Source: Tissierellales bacterium (GTDB lineage Bacteria > Bacillota > Clostridia > Tissierellales > Tissierellaceae). Taken from it: a stretch of 64,000 bases of DNA. The position numbers and the translations under genes are program-made. Shown here one piece after another: positions 26,846 through 36,846 of the stretch. Below the pieces are notes generated by a model, which was given only the letters and a program-made list of their open reading frames with translations, ran no database searches and was not told the DNA's origin. The stretch is from NCBI GenBank assembly GCA_030146705.1, contig JASLBE010000062.1, positions 5,321-69,320 of the forward strand, in the 5' to 3' direction. Positions within the stretch are counted from its first letter, which is position 1, and each line of letters begins with the position of its first letter.

Positions 26846-28225
26846 ATGACAAGGGAAGAATTAAAGGAAAAAACTGTTGCGGACTTAAGGGAGATTGCAA
26901 GGGTTTTAAATATTCCAAGCCCCTACAAATATAATAAGGGGCAATTAATTGATAAGATTTACAATATTAACAAGGAAGGCTCCAAGGAAGAAGAGGTTGA
27001 AACTAAGGCTAAAAGGCTTGAAAAACCTAGGGCCCCTAAGGCTGAAACTATTAAAAAGATGGAGGAGCATGGACTTTCTGATAGGGCAAGTGAAGAGATG
27101 GAAAAGCAAGATGAGGTAAACAAGGCTGAGGGAATACTAGAGGTCCACACTGATGGGTATGGATTTTTAAGAACTGACAACTACCTATCTAGTGATGAAG
27201 ATATTTACATATCTCCCTCACAAATTAGGAGGTTTAGGCTGGAAACAGGGGATAAAATATTAGGTATTACTAGGGAACCTAACCAAGGTGAAAGGTACAA
27301 GGCACTTTTATATGTCCAGTCAGTAAATGGCTTGGATCCTGAAACAGCAAGAAACAGGCCAAAGTTTGAGTCCTTGACTCCAATCTATCCAAGGGATAAA
27401 ATAAGCTTGGAAGTGGATCCAACTAATTATGCAATGAGGATTATAGATTTAATCTCGCCAATTGGTAAGGGCCAAAGAGGTATGATAGTATCCCCGCCAA
27501 AGGCAGGTAAGACTACTCTTTTAAAAATGGTAGCTAATTCCATAGCTATTAACCACCCAGAGATGGAGATAATAGTATTATTAATAGGTGAAAGACCAGA
27601 AGAGGTTACAGATATGAAAAGGTCTGTTAAGGGGGATGTGGTTTATTCTACTTTTGATGAACTACCCCAACACCATGCCAAGGTTTCAGAAATTGTTCTA
27701 GAGAGGGCAAAAAGATTAGTTGAACATGGTAAGGATGTTGTTATACTATTAGATAGTATTACTAGACTAGCCAGGGCCTATAATTTAACTATACCAGCAA
27801 CAGGAAGAACCCTTTCTGGTGGGTTAGACCCAGGGGCTCTTCATAAGCCGAAGAGGTTTTTTGGGGCAGCTAGAAATATGGAAGAAGGGGGAAGCTTGAC
27901 TATTTTAGCCACTGCTCTTGTGGATACAGGAAGCCGTATGGACGATGTAATCTTTGAAGAGTTTAAGGGGACTGGAAATATGGAGCTCCACCTAGATAGG
28001 AGACTATCAGAAAGAAGAATATTCCCAGCTATTGATATAACAAAATCTAGTACTAGAAAAGAAGAATTACTACTTAGTAAAAATGAACTGGAAACAATTT
28101 GGTACTTAAGGAGAACAATGGGCAGTATGAGTACCTTTGACTTTACAGAACTTTTTATAAAAAATATGGAAAAAACCAAGACTAATATAGAATTTATTGA
28201 GAATATTAAAAAAGGTATGTTTTAA
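26846..28225 (+). CDS. rho: Transcription termination factor Rho (with a ~50-aa charged N-terminal insertion)
   Basis: N-terminal L..K....L..IA; CSD-like GILEVH.DGYGFLR; Walker [12 protein letters not shown]; Walker [17 protein letters not shown]. Confidence 0.97.
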   Translation: MTREELKEKTVADLREIARVLNIPSPYKYNKGQLIDKIYNINKEGSKEEEVETKAKRLEKPRAPKAETIKKMEEHGLSDRASEEMEKQDEVNKAEGILEVHTDGYGFLRTDNYLSSDEDIYISPSQIRRFRLETGDKILGITREPNQGERYKALLYVQSVNGLDPETARNRPKFESLTPIYPRDKISLEVDPTNYAMRIIDLISPIGKGQRGMIVSPPKAGKTTLLKMVANSIAINHPEMEIIVLLIGERPEEVTDMKRSVKGDVVYSTFDELPQHHAKVSEIVLERAKRLVEHGKDVVILLDSITRLARAYNLTIPATGRTLSGGLDPGALHKPKRFFGAARNMEEGGSLTILATALVDTGSRMDDVIFEEFKGTGNMELHLDRRLSERRIFPAIDITKSSTRKEELLLSKNELETIWYLRRTMGSMSTFDFTELFIKNMEKTKTNIEFIENIKKGMF

Positions 28226-28326
28226 AAAGTTGCTAAGTAGAATTTAATGTGTTATAATTTAATAGTTAAAATGTAAGAATGTATTGCTATAAATTTTAGC
28301 ATTCTAAAGAAGAGAGGTGAACAGAA

Positions 28327-28527
28327 GTGAAAGCAGGAATTCATCCAGAATACAAAGAGGCAACTGTGACTTGCGCTTGTGGAAACACTTTTACTACTGG
28401 CTCAGTTAAAGACGAATTAAAAGTTGAAATTTGTTCAGAATGTCATCCATTCTATACAGGAAAACAAAAGTTCGCAGAACGTGGTGGCCGTATTGAAAGA
28501 TTCAATAAAAAATATGGAAGAAAGTAG
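28327..28527 (+). CDS. rpmE: 50S ribosomal protein L31 (Zn-binding type A)
   Basis: GTG start. [25 protein letters not shown]....[18 protein letters not shown]. Confidence 0.95.
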   Translation: MKAGIHPEYKEATVTCACGNTFTTGSVKDELKVEICSECHPFYTGKQKFAERGGRIERFNKKYGRK

Positions 28528-28537
28528 TATAAATACT

Positions 28538-28571
28538 AGGTTAGTTGCGTAAGCATCTAACCTTTATTTTT
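28538..28571 (+). terminator. Terminator after rpmE
   Basis: Perfect 11-bp stem AGGTTAGTTGC-GTAA-GCATCTAACCT, then TTTATTTT. Confidence 0.85.
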
Positions 28572-28594
28572 AAGTATTTTTAGGGGGAAACACT

Positions 28595-29545
28595 TTGAAA
28601 ATAAAAGATTTAAACAGGCTTCCAGACCATATTACAAGTATTGGAGGCCAGGCTGTTATAGAAGGTGTAATGATGAGGGGGCCTAAGGACTTGTCTGTTG
28701 CCATTAGGAAACCAGATGGAGAAATAGAACTAAAGTCAGAAAAGTTAAACACTTTAGCTATGAGGCATAAAATTTTTAGGCTTCCTTTTTTAAGGGGTGT
28801 AGTATCCCTTGGGGAATCTTTAATAATTGGAACTAGGATACTTATGTATTCTGCAGAGTTTTATGAGGAGCCTGGTGAAGAAAACCAGGAGGCTGGAATT
28901 TTTGATAGGTTATTTAAGGAAAAAAGTGAAGATGTCCAAATATTTTTAACAGTAGTTAGTGCATTTTTACTAGCCCTAGTATTTTTTATGCTACTGCCAA
29001 CCTTTATAACTAATTTTTTTAAAAAATATATAAGTACAAACCTAGGCCTTAACTTACTAGAAGGAGGGATAAGGATCTTATTTTTCTTTATCTACCTAGT
29101 AAACATATCCAAGATGGAGGATATTAAAAGGGTTTTCCAGTACCATGGAGCAGAACACAAAAGTATCCACTGCTATGAGGCCGGACTTGATTTGACAGTT
29201 GAAAATGCAAGGAAACAGCCAGCCCTCCACCCAAGGTGTGGGACTAGTTTTTTATTTATGGTTATGCTTGTGAGTGTTTTGGTCCTATCTTTATTTGGTT
29301 GGCCAAACCCTCTACTTAGGCTCCTAATAAGACTTTTAATGTTTCCGGTAATTGCTGGGATAAGCTATGAGATAAATAAGCTAATTGGGAAGAGTTCTTC
29401 TAAATTGGCCTACATCCTTTCTTACCCAGGTCTTATGATACAAGATTTTGCTACAATTAAAGAACCAGATGATGACCAGCTGGAGGTAGCTTTGCTTGCC
29501 TTAAGAGCTGTAGTCACTGGAAATAAGGAAGATGATAAATGGTAA
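28595..29545 (+). CDS. DUF1385 (YqhQ-like) membrane protein
   Basis: TTG start after AGGGGGA. GGQAVIEGVMMRG and YHGAEHK motifs plus several TM segments. This position next to prmC recurs in Clostridia. Confidence 0.75.
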   Translation: MKIKDLNRLPDHITSIGGQAVIEGVMMRGPKDLSVAIRKPDGEIELKSEKLNTLAMRHKIFRLPFLRGVVSLGESLIIGTRILMYSAEFYEEPGEENQEAGIFDRLFKEKSEDVQIFLTVVSAFLLALVFFMLLPTFITNFFKKYISTNLGLNLLEGGIRILFFFIYLVNISKMEDIKRVFQYHGAEHKSIHCYEAGLDLTVENARKQPALHPRCGTSFLFMVMLVSVLVLSLFGWPNPLLRLLIRLLMFPVIAGISYEINKLIGKSSSKLAYILSYPGLMIQDFATIKEPDDDQLEVALLALRAVVTGNKEDDKW

Positions 29546-30357
29546 CAATCAAAGACTTACTTGAGAGCTACAAGGATGACTTAATGGAGCCCTTAATGGT
29601 TTTATCTAAACTTATGGAGGTGGATAAATCCTATATTTATACCCATATTGACCTAGGCTTAGCCAGGGAGGTTGTGGATAAGTTTGAGGCTATTATGGCC
29701 AAGAGAAAAGAGGGCTATCCTATCCAGTACCTACTTAAGGAAAGAGAATTTATGGGCCTAAACTTATTTGTTGAAGAAGGGGTCCTAATACCTAGAAATG
29801 ACACTGAAATTTTAGTAGAATATATAATAGGATATGCCAAGGATAGGCCAGTTAATATTTTAGAAATTGGAACTGGTAGTGGGGCCATATCTGTTTCCCT
29901 AGGCTATTATTTAAAAAAAGCTAAAATTTTAGGTGTGGATATTTCTAAAAAAGCCCTAGATGTAACTAGGAAAAATATAGATAGGTTTAAGCTTGATAAT
30001 GTAAGTGTTATAGAAAGTGATATTTTTGAAAATGTAGAAGATAGGTTCAATATTATAGTTTCTAACCCTCCCTATATAAGGACAGACGTAATAGGAAGTC
30101 TAGATGTAGAAGTTAAGGACTATGAGCCGAGTTTGGCCCTTGATGGAGGCCTGGATGGCCTTTATTTTTATAGGGAAATTACAAAAAATAGCAAGGATTA
30201 TTTAGAGGACCAAGGACTTTTGGCCCTTGAGATAGGATATGACCAAGGAGAGGAACTCTTAGAGTTAATGACGGAAGAAGGATTTAAGAATATAGACATT
30301 ATAAAAGATTTACAAGGACATAATAGGCTTATTATAGGAAATTATGAAAGAAGGTAA
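29539..30357 (+). CDS. prmC: Release factor glutamine N5-methyltransferase
   Basis: SAM-binding ILEIGTGSGAIS and catalytic VSNPPYI (NPPY). Confidence 0.9.
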   Translation: MVTIKDLLESYKDDLMEPLMVLSKLMEVDKSYIYTHIDLGLAREVVDKFEAIMAKRKEGYPIQYLLKEREFMGLNLFVEEGVLIPRNDTEILVEYIIGYAKDRPVNILEIGTGSGAISVSLGYYLKKAKILGVDISKKALDVTRKNIDRFKLDNVSVIESDIFENVEDRFNIIVSNPPYIRTDVIGSLDVEVKDYEPSLALDGGLDGLYFYREITKNSKDYLEDQGLLALEIGYDQGEELLELMTEEGFKNIDIIKDLQGHNRLIIGNYERR

Positions 30358-30360
30358 ACT

Positions 30361-30879
30361 ATGATTTATTTTAAATTATTCTTATCATTTTTTAAACTAG
30401 GAGTTTTTGGCTTTGGTGGAGGCTATGCAATGATAGCCCTTTTGGAGCAAGAAATTGCTAGGAACTATCCTGCAGTTGCAGCCTCAGAAGTAGTAGATAT
30501 ACTGGCTATATCTGAAATGACTCCAGGACCAATAGCCATAAACTCAGCAACATTTTTTGGTTATAGGGTAGGAGGAACCCTAGGTTCTTTAGTTGCTACA
30601 ATATCTGTAGTCCTACCAAGCTTTATAATAATGAGTGGCTTAATTTATATTATAAATAAATACAAGGGGTCCAAGCTTATAGATAACTTCCTTTCTGGGG
30701 TAAGGCCAATAGTTTTAGGACTTATTTTATCTGGAGCAGTTGCCATAGGTAAAAATGGTTTTACAGACTATAAGTCTATAATAATAGGAGCTTTGGGCTT
30801 TTACTTAGTAACATTTAAGAAGTTGAATGGGATATATGCCATAGTTTTGGCTGGTCTTGCAGGAGCTATTTTATATTAG
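30361..30879 (+). CDS. chrA: Short chromate ion transporter (CHR) family protein, half 1
   Basis: 172 aa. FKLGVFGFGGGYAMIALLE and EMTPGPIAINSATF motifs. Starts 3 nt after the prmC stop. Confidence 0.85.
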   Translation: MIYFKLFLSFFKLGVFGFGGGYAMIALLEQEIARNYPAVAASEVVDILAISEMTPGPIAINSATFFGYRVGGTLGSLVATISVVLPSFIIMSGLIYIINKYKGSKLIDNFLSGVRPIVLGLILSGAVAIGKNGFTDYKSIIIGALGFYLVTFKKLNGIYAIVLAGLAGAILY

Positions 30880-30891
30880 GGGGCGTTGGAT

Positions 30892-31419
30892 ATGTTACTG
30901 GAATTATTTTTTATATTTTTAAAAATAGGAGCCTTTACCTTTGGAGGGGGCTATGCGATGCTTCCTATAATCCAGGAGGAAATTGTAGAGAAAAAAGGTT
31001 GGATAGAAGAGGATAAATTTTTAGACGCCATAGTAGTTTCACAAAGTTCACCAGGACCAGTGGCAGTAAATTTAAGTATTTTTACAGGATATAAGGTTGC
31101 AGGCTTTAAGGGGGCCATAGTTGCAACCTTGGGAACAATTATTCCCTCCTTTGTAATTATCTTAGTCTTGGTAAAGTATTTGTACCAATATAGGAACCTA
31201 CCTATTATAGACAATGTATTTAAGGGAATTACACCAGCAATAGTAGGACTTATTATATCGGCAGTATATAAGCTAGGCAAAAGTTCGGATTTGGGAGTTG
31301 TTAAAATATTAATAGCAGGAGCAGCTTTCTTAGCCATAGTTATACTTAATATAACTCCGATTTATTTGATTTTAATAGGTGGAATAGGTTCAATCTTAAT
31401 AAATAAACTTAGGAAATAA
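30892..31419 (+). CDS. chrA: Short chromate ion transporter (CHR) family protein, half 2
   Basis: LKIGAFTFGGGYAMLPIIQ and SQSSPGPVAVNLSIF. ATG at 30892 has better RBS spacing than the TTG at 30886 used in the ORF track. Confidence 0.85.
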   Translation: MLLELFFIFLKIGAFTFGGGYAMLPIIQEEIVEKKGWIEEDKFLDAIVVSQSSPGPVAVNLSIFTGYKVAGFKGAIVATLGTIIPSFVIILVLVKYLYQYRNLPIIDNVFKGITPAIVGLIISAVYKLGKSSDLGVVKILIAGAAFLAIVILNITPIYLILIGGIGSILINKLRK

Positions 31420-31440
31420 ATTGTAAGAGGAGAGATATAG

Positions 31441-32508
31441 ATGTTAGATAAACTAGCTTCCATAGAGGAGAGATTTGAAGATTTAAGCAAAGAGGTTATA
31501 GACCCAGAAGTTATAGCTGACTCTGAAAAATGGCAAAAACTTATGATTGAACATGCGGGTTTGGAAGAAATAGTTAATAAGTATAGGGAATATAAGGATG
31601 TTTTAGACCAACTAGACGGGGCTAAGGAGATGCAAAGGGAAAAACTAGACCCAGATATGGATGAAATGGTTAAAGAGGAAATAAAAGAACTTGAACCAGA
31701 AGTTGTTAGGTTAGAAGATGAACTTAAGATTTTACTAATACCAAAGGACCCAAATGACCACAAGAATGTTATTGTAGAAATAAGAGGTGGGGCAGGTGGA
31801 GATGAAGCGGCCCTATTTGCAGGAACTCTTTACAGGATGTATGCAAGATATGCAGAAAGACAAGGCTGGGTAGTTGAGCTTATGGATAGTAATGAAATTG
31901 GAATAGGTGGTTTCAAGGAAGTAATCTTTATGATAAAGGGAAAGGGTGCCTATAGTAGACTTAAGTATGAATCAGGTGTCCATAGGGTTCAAAGGGTCCC
32001 TGAAACAGAGTCTAGTGGAAGAATCCATACTTCAACAGCAACTGTTGCCGTACTTCCAGAAGCTGAAGATGTTGATATTGACATAAATATGAATGAACTT
32101 AAGATTGATACCTTTAGGGCTTCTGGAGCAGGTGGACAGCATGTTAATACAACAGACTCTGCTATAAGGATAACCCATATACCAACGGGACTTGTAGTAT
32201 CTTGCCAGGATGAAAAAAGTCAGCATAAAAACAAGGACAAGGCTCTTAAGATTTTAAAGACAAGGTTGTATGACCAAATGTTAAGTGAACAAAATGCTGA
32301 AATTGCGGAAGAAAGAAGGGGCCAGGTTGGTACTGGTGATAGGTCTGAAAGAATTAGGACCTACAACTTCCCACAAGGTAGGGTTACAGACCATAGGATT
32401 AACAAGACCCAACATAGGATAGAAGATTTTATAGATGGGGATATTGATGAAATGATAGACGCCTTAATAGCATCAGACCAGGCAGCTAAATTAAGCCATC
32501 AAGAATAA
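31441..32508 (+). CDS. prfA: Peptide chain release factor 1
   Basis: The PET tripeptide ([10 protein letters not shown]) and the GGQ motif ([23 protein letters not shown]). Confidence 0.97.
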   Translation: MLDKLASIEERFEDLSKEVIDPEVIADSEKWQKLMIEHAGLEEIVNKYREYKDVLDQLDGAKEMQREKLDPDMDEMVKEEIKELEPEVVRLEDELKILLIPKDPNDHKNVIVEIRGGAGGDEAALFAGTLYRMYARYAERQGWVVELMDSNEIGIGGFKEVIFMIKGKGAYSRLKYESGVHRVQRVPETESSGRIHTSTATVAVLPEAEDVDIDINMNELKIDTFRASGAGGQHVNTTDSAIRITHIPTGLVVSCQDEKSQHKNKDKALKILKTRLYDQMLSEQNAEIAEERRGQVGTGDRSERIRTYNFPQGRVTDHRINKTQHRIEDFIDGDIDEMIDALIASDQAAKLSHQE

Positions 32509-32511
32509 AAT

Positions 32512-32550
32512 AAAGACCGTACTAGTTAAGCTTGGTACGGTCTTTATTTA
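32512..32550 (+). terminator. Terminator after prfA
   Basis: AAAGACCGTAC-(12 nt)-GTACGGTCTTT perfect 11-bp stem, then ATTTA. Confidence 0.8.
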
Positions 32551-32597
32551 AAATATAAACTGTTAGAATATACTGACAGCCTAGAGGAGGATAAAAG

Positions 32598-34043
32598 ATG
32601 GAGAAAAAGAAACTAGAGTTTTATGGTGGGGAATGGGTGTCCTTTTTACCCTTTGTAATATTTTTATCTATGATAATATTAACCACATTTCACTGGGGGT
32701 CAATATCAGATGGAGCCTTGTGGGTTCCAGCTTTTTCAGCCCTAATAATAGCCTTTTTCTTTGCCAAGGATAAGGCCTATTATTCAGAGGTTATAATAGA
32801 TGTAATGGCAAGTAGGGATGCTATAATTCCAATAGTTTGCTGGTTATTTGCTGGGGTTTTTTCTAATATACTTAAAAATTCAGGCCTAGCCACAGGCATT
32901 GCAGGAGTGGCGGCCTCAATAGGCATAAGGGGGACATTCTTCATAGTAATATCCTTCATAGCAGCGGCAACCTTTGCAACTGCATCAGGAACTGGCTTTG
33001 GAGCCATAGCAGCGGGGATGGGGGTGCTTTACCCTGCTGGAATATCCTTAGGGTCCCACCCAGCCCTACTAGCAGGAGCTATAATTTCAGGGGCTGCCTT
33101 TGGAGATAACCTTGCGCCAATATCAGACACTACAATATGTTCAGCAACCTCCCTGGGTGTAGATGTCCCAGGCGTGGTTAGGAGTAGGCTTAAGTATGCC
33201 TTATTAGCAGGACTAATAACCATAATAGGAATAATTATAATTGGTAGCAATTACAAGGGCACAGTCCTAGAATATGTAAGTATAGACTACAATCCTAGGA
33301 CCCTAGTTATGTTGATTCCCGTTGCCATAACCATATGGGTAGCCATAAAAACAGGGGATATTATAATAGCTACAATTATAGGTTCGGCTATTGCAGGTGG
33401 TACAGCTGTAGCCCTAGGCCTAGTTGACTTTATTCAAATAGACCCAACTGGAGAGGTTGCAAAAGAAGCCCTAATTAGGGTTTCTGGTGAAGGGCTAGAC
33501 AGGACAGTAGACGGAGTAATATATAGCGGGATAGCAGGAATGATCCAAGTAATAATGCTGGCCCTACTTTTATTTGGTTCAATTGGGCTAATGAATGCGG
33601 GCCATGGAGATAGGAAGCTTTTAGAGGCCCTAGGAGGAATTGTGAAAAGTGCAAGGACTGCAGAAATTTCCATAAGTATAATGGTTATTTTCCTATCGGC
33701 AATTACTGGGTTAAATGCTCCAGCTATTTTAGCCGTAGGACCATCTTTTGCAAGACCTTTGGCTAAAAAATTTGGCATAAGCCCTTATAGGGCGGCCAAC
33801 CTTTTAGATGGGCAATCTAATACTATGGCCTATGCCTTGCCTTGGACCCCATCTATAATTTATACAATAGGCTTTGCTAGGGATACAATGGTTCCTCTTA
33901 CAGCTATTGAAATAGCCCCATATGTTCTTTACTCCTATGCTATGCTTGGGGTTATGATAGTAACTATAATTCTAGGAATTGGTAGGTATGATAATTTAAA
34001 TGAGGAGGAAGTAAGAGCCTTAAAGGCCAATATGGAAGCTTAG
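32598..34043 (+). CDS. nhaC: Na+/H+ antiporter, NhaC family
   Basis: 481-aa polytopic membrane protein. Family assignment rests on overall resemblance (ISDTTI, GAAFGDNLAPISDT), so it is moderately confident. Confidence 0.75.
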   Translation: MEKKKLEFYGGEWVSFLPFVIFLSMIILTTFHWGSISDGALWVPAFSALIIAFFFAKDKAYYSEVIIDVMASRDAIIPIVCWLFAGVFSNILKNSGLATGIAGVAASIGIRGTFFIVISFIAAATFATASGTGFGAIAAGMGVLYPAGISLGSHPALLAGAIISGAAFGDNLAPISDTTICSATSLGVDVPGVVRSRLKYALLAGLITIIGIIIIGSNYKGTVLEYVSIDYNPRTLVMLIPVAITIWVAIKTGDIIIATIIGSAIAGGTAVALGLVDFIQIDPTGEVAKEALIRVSGEGLDRTVDGVIYSGIAGMIQVIMLALLLFGSIGLMNAGHGDRKLLEALGGIVKSARTAEISISIMVIFLSAITGLNAPAILAVGPSFARPLAKKFGISPYRAANLLDGQSNTMAYALPWTPSIIYTIGFARDTMVPLTAIEIAPYVLYSYAMLGVMIVTIILGIGRYDNLNEEEVRALKANMEA

Positions 34044-34048
34044 CCTAT

Positions 34049-34075
34049 AAACCCTTAATGAAGATTAAGGGTTTT
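34049..34075 (+). terminator. Terminator after nhaC
   Basis: AAACCCTTAAT-GAAG-ATTAAGGGTTT perfect 11-bp stem. The U tract is short. Confidence 0.6.
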
Positions 34076-34099
34076 ATAATGTTTAATTAAGATAAAAAA

Positions 34100-34128
34100 T
34101 TGTTAATAGGAGCCTATTATTATATAAT
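34100..34128 (+). promoter_or_regulatory. Sigma-A promoter for the tsaC-ywlE-rpiB cluster
   Basis: TTGTTA (34100-34105), 17-nt spacer, TATAAT (34123-34128). Confidence 0.55.
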
Positions 34129-34158
34129 AGAGGAAGTATTTAAGAGAGGCGATTATTT

Positions 34159-35208
34159 ATGGAAACTAAAGTGTACAAGATAGACAGGTCTAGAATAGAT
34201 GAAGATATTATTTCTAAGGCTGGAGAAATTATTAAAAATGGTGGGCTGGTATCTTTTCCCACAGAAACAGTTTATGGCCTAGGAGCCAATGGCTTAGATG
34301 AAAGGGCGGTGGAAAAAATATTCCTAGCCAAGGGTAGGCCCCAAGACAACCCTTTAATCCTCCACATAGCTTCAGAAGAGGAACTAGAGGACTTGGTTGA
34401 AGAAATCCCAGCCAAGGCCAGGCTATGTATGGAGAAGTTTTGGCCAGGACCCCTAACAATGATTTTTAAAAGAAGTAAGCTGGTACCAGATATTATAACA
34501 GCTGGTTTAGATACAGTTGCTATAAGGATGCCTAGTGATGAAATAGCCCTGGAGCTTATAAAAAAGGCAAAAAGGCCAATAGCTGCTCCATCAGCTAATA
34601 CATCTGGTAGGCCAAGCCCAACAGCGGCTGACCACGTTTTTAAGGACCTAGAAGGGAAGCTGGAGATGATATTAGATGGTGGAAGGACTGGGATTGGGTT
34701 AGAATCTACGGTCTTGGACCTGACAGATGGGCTAGGGACTATTTTAAGGCCTGGAGGGATTACCCAAGAAGACCTAATGGAGGTCTTAGGAGATGTTAGG
34801 ATAGATAGGAGTATTATTGATTTTAATGAAAATATTATACCTAAGTCCCCAGGTCAAAAGTATAAGCATTATGCACCAAATTCAGATATGTATATTTTTA
34901 AGGGTGACTTGGACAGGGTTGTTGAGGAAATTAAAAGAAGGACTAGCTCAGCCCTTGAACTTGGGAAAAAGGTTGGTATAATGTGCACAGATGAAACCAG
35001 GAGTTTATACCCTGAGGGCCTAGTTTATTCTATGGGAAATAGGGTTGATGAAAATAGTATAGCCCATAACTTATTTTATATCCTAAGGGATATGGACAGG
35101 CTAGGAGTGGATATTATATTTGCAGAAACTGTTGATTTTTCAAGCCTGGGCCTGGCTATTATGAATAGGATGATAAAGGCTGCAGCTGGAAAAATAATAG
35201 AAGTCTAA
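34159..35208 (+). CDS. tsaC: L-threonylcarbamoyladenylate synthase (Sua5/YwlC long form)
   Basis: FPTETVYGLGANG, KGRP.DNPLI.H and SAN.SG.PSPT motifs, with a C-terminal Sua5 domain. 349 aa. Confidence 0.92.
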   Translation: METKVYKIDRSRIDEDIISKAGEIIKNGGLVSFPTETVYGLGANGLDERAVEKIFLAKGRPQDNPLILHIASEEELEDLVEEIPAKARLCMEKFWPGPLTMIFKRSKLVPDIITAGLDTVAIRMPSDEIALELIKKAKRPIAAPSANTSGRPSPTAADHVFKDLEGKLEMILDGGRTGIGLESTVLDLTDGLGTILRPGGITQEDLMEVLGDVRIDRSIIDFNENIIPKSPGQKYKHYAPNSDMYIFKGDLDRVVEEIKRRTSSALELGKKVGIMCTDETRSLYPEGLVYSMGNRVDENSIAHNLFYILRDMDRLGVDIIFAETVDFSSLGLAIMNRMIKAAAGKIIEV

Positions 35209-35217
35209 GGAGGAAAA

Positions 35218-35655
35218 ATGAAAATTTTATTTGTTTGTACTGGTAATACTTGCAGGAGTCCAATGGCTGAAGGGATTTTAAATAAGCTGGCAAAAGAAAA
35301 AAATTTATCAGTCAGGGGGTCTTCAGCAGGGATTATGACTATGGATGGACTAGAGGCATCTAGAAACAGTATCCTGGCTATGGAAAAAATAGGCATAGAT
35401 ATAAGCAAGCATAGGTCTAGGCAGGTAAATGCTTCTTTAATAGAAACCAGTGACCTAATATTAACTATGTCTAGGTCTCACAAGATGGCTATTTTAGGAA
35501 GTTATGAGGCTTCTAGGGGTAAGGTTTTTACCCTGCTAGAATATGCAAAAAACATTAGTAAAGATATCCTAGATCCCTATGGTAGGGAGCTAGAGGTTTA
35601 TGAAAATACTAGGGAAGAAATAAAAGGGGCGATTGAAGAATGTTTGAAAAGATAA
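35218..35655 (+). CDS. ywlE: Low-molecular-weight protein phosphatase (YwlE-type arginine/tyrosine phosphatase)
   Basis: P-loop ILFVCTGNTCRSPMAEG (CX5R-S) and DPYG. Synteny with tsaC and rpiB as in Bacillus subtilis ywlC-ywlE-ywlF. Confidence 0.85.
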   Translation: MKILFVCTGNTCRSPMAEGILNKLAKEKNLSVRGSSAGIMTMDGLEASRNSILAMEKIGIDISKHRSRQVNASLIETSDLILTMSRSHKMAILGSYEASRGKVFTLLEYAKNISKDILDPYGRELEVYENTREEIKGAIEECLKR

Positions 35656-36098
35656 AAAAATTAAATGAGGGTAAAAAAATAGGCTTGGGTTCAGACCACG
35701 GTGGTTTTGAATTAAAGGAAGAAGTTAAGGCCTTGCTTGAGGAACTAGGATTAGACTACCTAGACTATGGGACTAATTCTAAGGAGTCAGTAGACTATCC
35801 TGAATATGGAAAAAAAGTTGCAAAAGGGGTAATGGCTGGAGAAGTTGACCTGGGTATAGTTGTTTGTGGAACAGGAATAGGCATATCCCTAGCAGCAAAT
35901 AAGGTTGAGGGAATCAGGTGTGCCCTTTGTGAAAATACTTATTCTGCCAAGATGAGTAGGAGGCATAATAATGCCAATATGCTTTCTCTTGGGGGAAGGG
36001 TCTTAGGTGTTGACTTGGCTAAGGAAATTGTTATGACTTGGTTAAGTGAAGAGTTTGAAGGCGGAAGACATGAAAGAAGAGTAAATATGATAGAATAA
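35640..36098 (+). CDS. rpiB: Ribose-5-phosphate isomerase B
   Basis: IGLGSDHGGFELKE, VCGTGIGISLAANK and GGRHERRV. Confidence 0.92.
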   Translation: MFEKIKKLNEGKKIGLGSDHGGFELKEEVKALLEELGLDYLDYGTNSKESVDYPEYGKKVAKGVMAGEVDLGIVVCGTGIGISLAANKVEGIRCALCENTYSAKMSRRHNNANMLSLGGRVLGVDLAKEIVMTWLSEEFEGGRHERRVNMIE

Positions 36099-36189
36099 TC
36101 ATTTTAAAATGCTTTTCTTATGATATAATAATAAAGGATTAAAAATAGTTGATTTAATATGTATAAATTAATAGAAAAGAGGTTTTTAT

Positions 36190-36825
36190 ATGTCAAAAGT
36201 AGTAGTATTTGATCATCCGTTAATAAAACATAAACTTACATTTATAAGATCTAAGGAAACAGGTAGTAAGGAATTTAGGGAACTTGTAACAGAGGTGTCT
36301 ATGTTAATGGCATACGAAGTTACTAGAGATATGGAACTTGAAGAAATTGAAATAGAGACTCCAGTAACAAAGACTAAGTCAGAGGTAATATCAGGAAAAA
36401 AAGTGGGCTTAATCCCAATACTTAGGGCAGGGCTTGGAATGGTTGATGGTATGCTTAGGATTATACCTTCAGCAAGGGTTGGCCATGTTGGACTTTACAG
36501 GGATCCAAAAACTTTAGAACCAGTAGAATACTACTGTAAGTTGCCTCAAGACTTAAAAGATAGGGACCTTATAGTATTAGACCCTATGCTAGCAACTGGT
36601 GGTTCAGCAACAGCAGCAGTTCAATTTTTAAAAAATAAGGGAGCCAGCCCAGAAAGCATTAAGCTTGTATGTTTAATTAGCTCTAGGGAAGGTATAGAAG
36701 CTGTTCAAAAAGCCCATCCAGAAATAGACATATATGTTGCAGCTATAGACGATAAATTAGATGATGAAGCATATATAGTTCCAGGCTTAGGAGATGCAGG
36801 GGATAGACTTTTCGGAACTAAATAG
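36190..36825 (+). CDS. upp: Uracil phosphoribosyltransferase
   Basis: [20 protein letters not shown], the PRPP loop [12 protein letters not shown] and [14 protein letters not shown]. Confidence 0.96.
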   Translation: MSKVVVFDHPLIKHKLTFIRSKETGSKEFRELVTEVSMLMAYEVTRDMELEEIEIETPVTKTKSEVISGKKVGLIPILRAGLGMVDGMLRIIPSARVGHVGLYRDPKTLEPVEYYCKLPQDLKDRDLIVLDPMLATGGSATAAVQFLKNKGASPESIKLVCLISSREGIEAVQKAHPEIDIYVAAIDDKLDDEAYIVPGLGDAGDRLFGTK

Positions 36826-36846
36826 TAATTAGAGGAGTGGAATATC

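Noticed and set aside
36099-36189. PyrR-type attenuator or another known riboswitch upstream of upp. I also considered a guanidine/ykkC-type element upstream of arcC.
   Set aside because: The upp leader is short, with only an extended -10 (TGATATAAT) and no terminator/antiterminator pair. The arcC leader does not contain the conserved ykkC or other riboswitch core sequences that I can recall.
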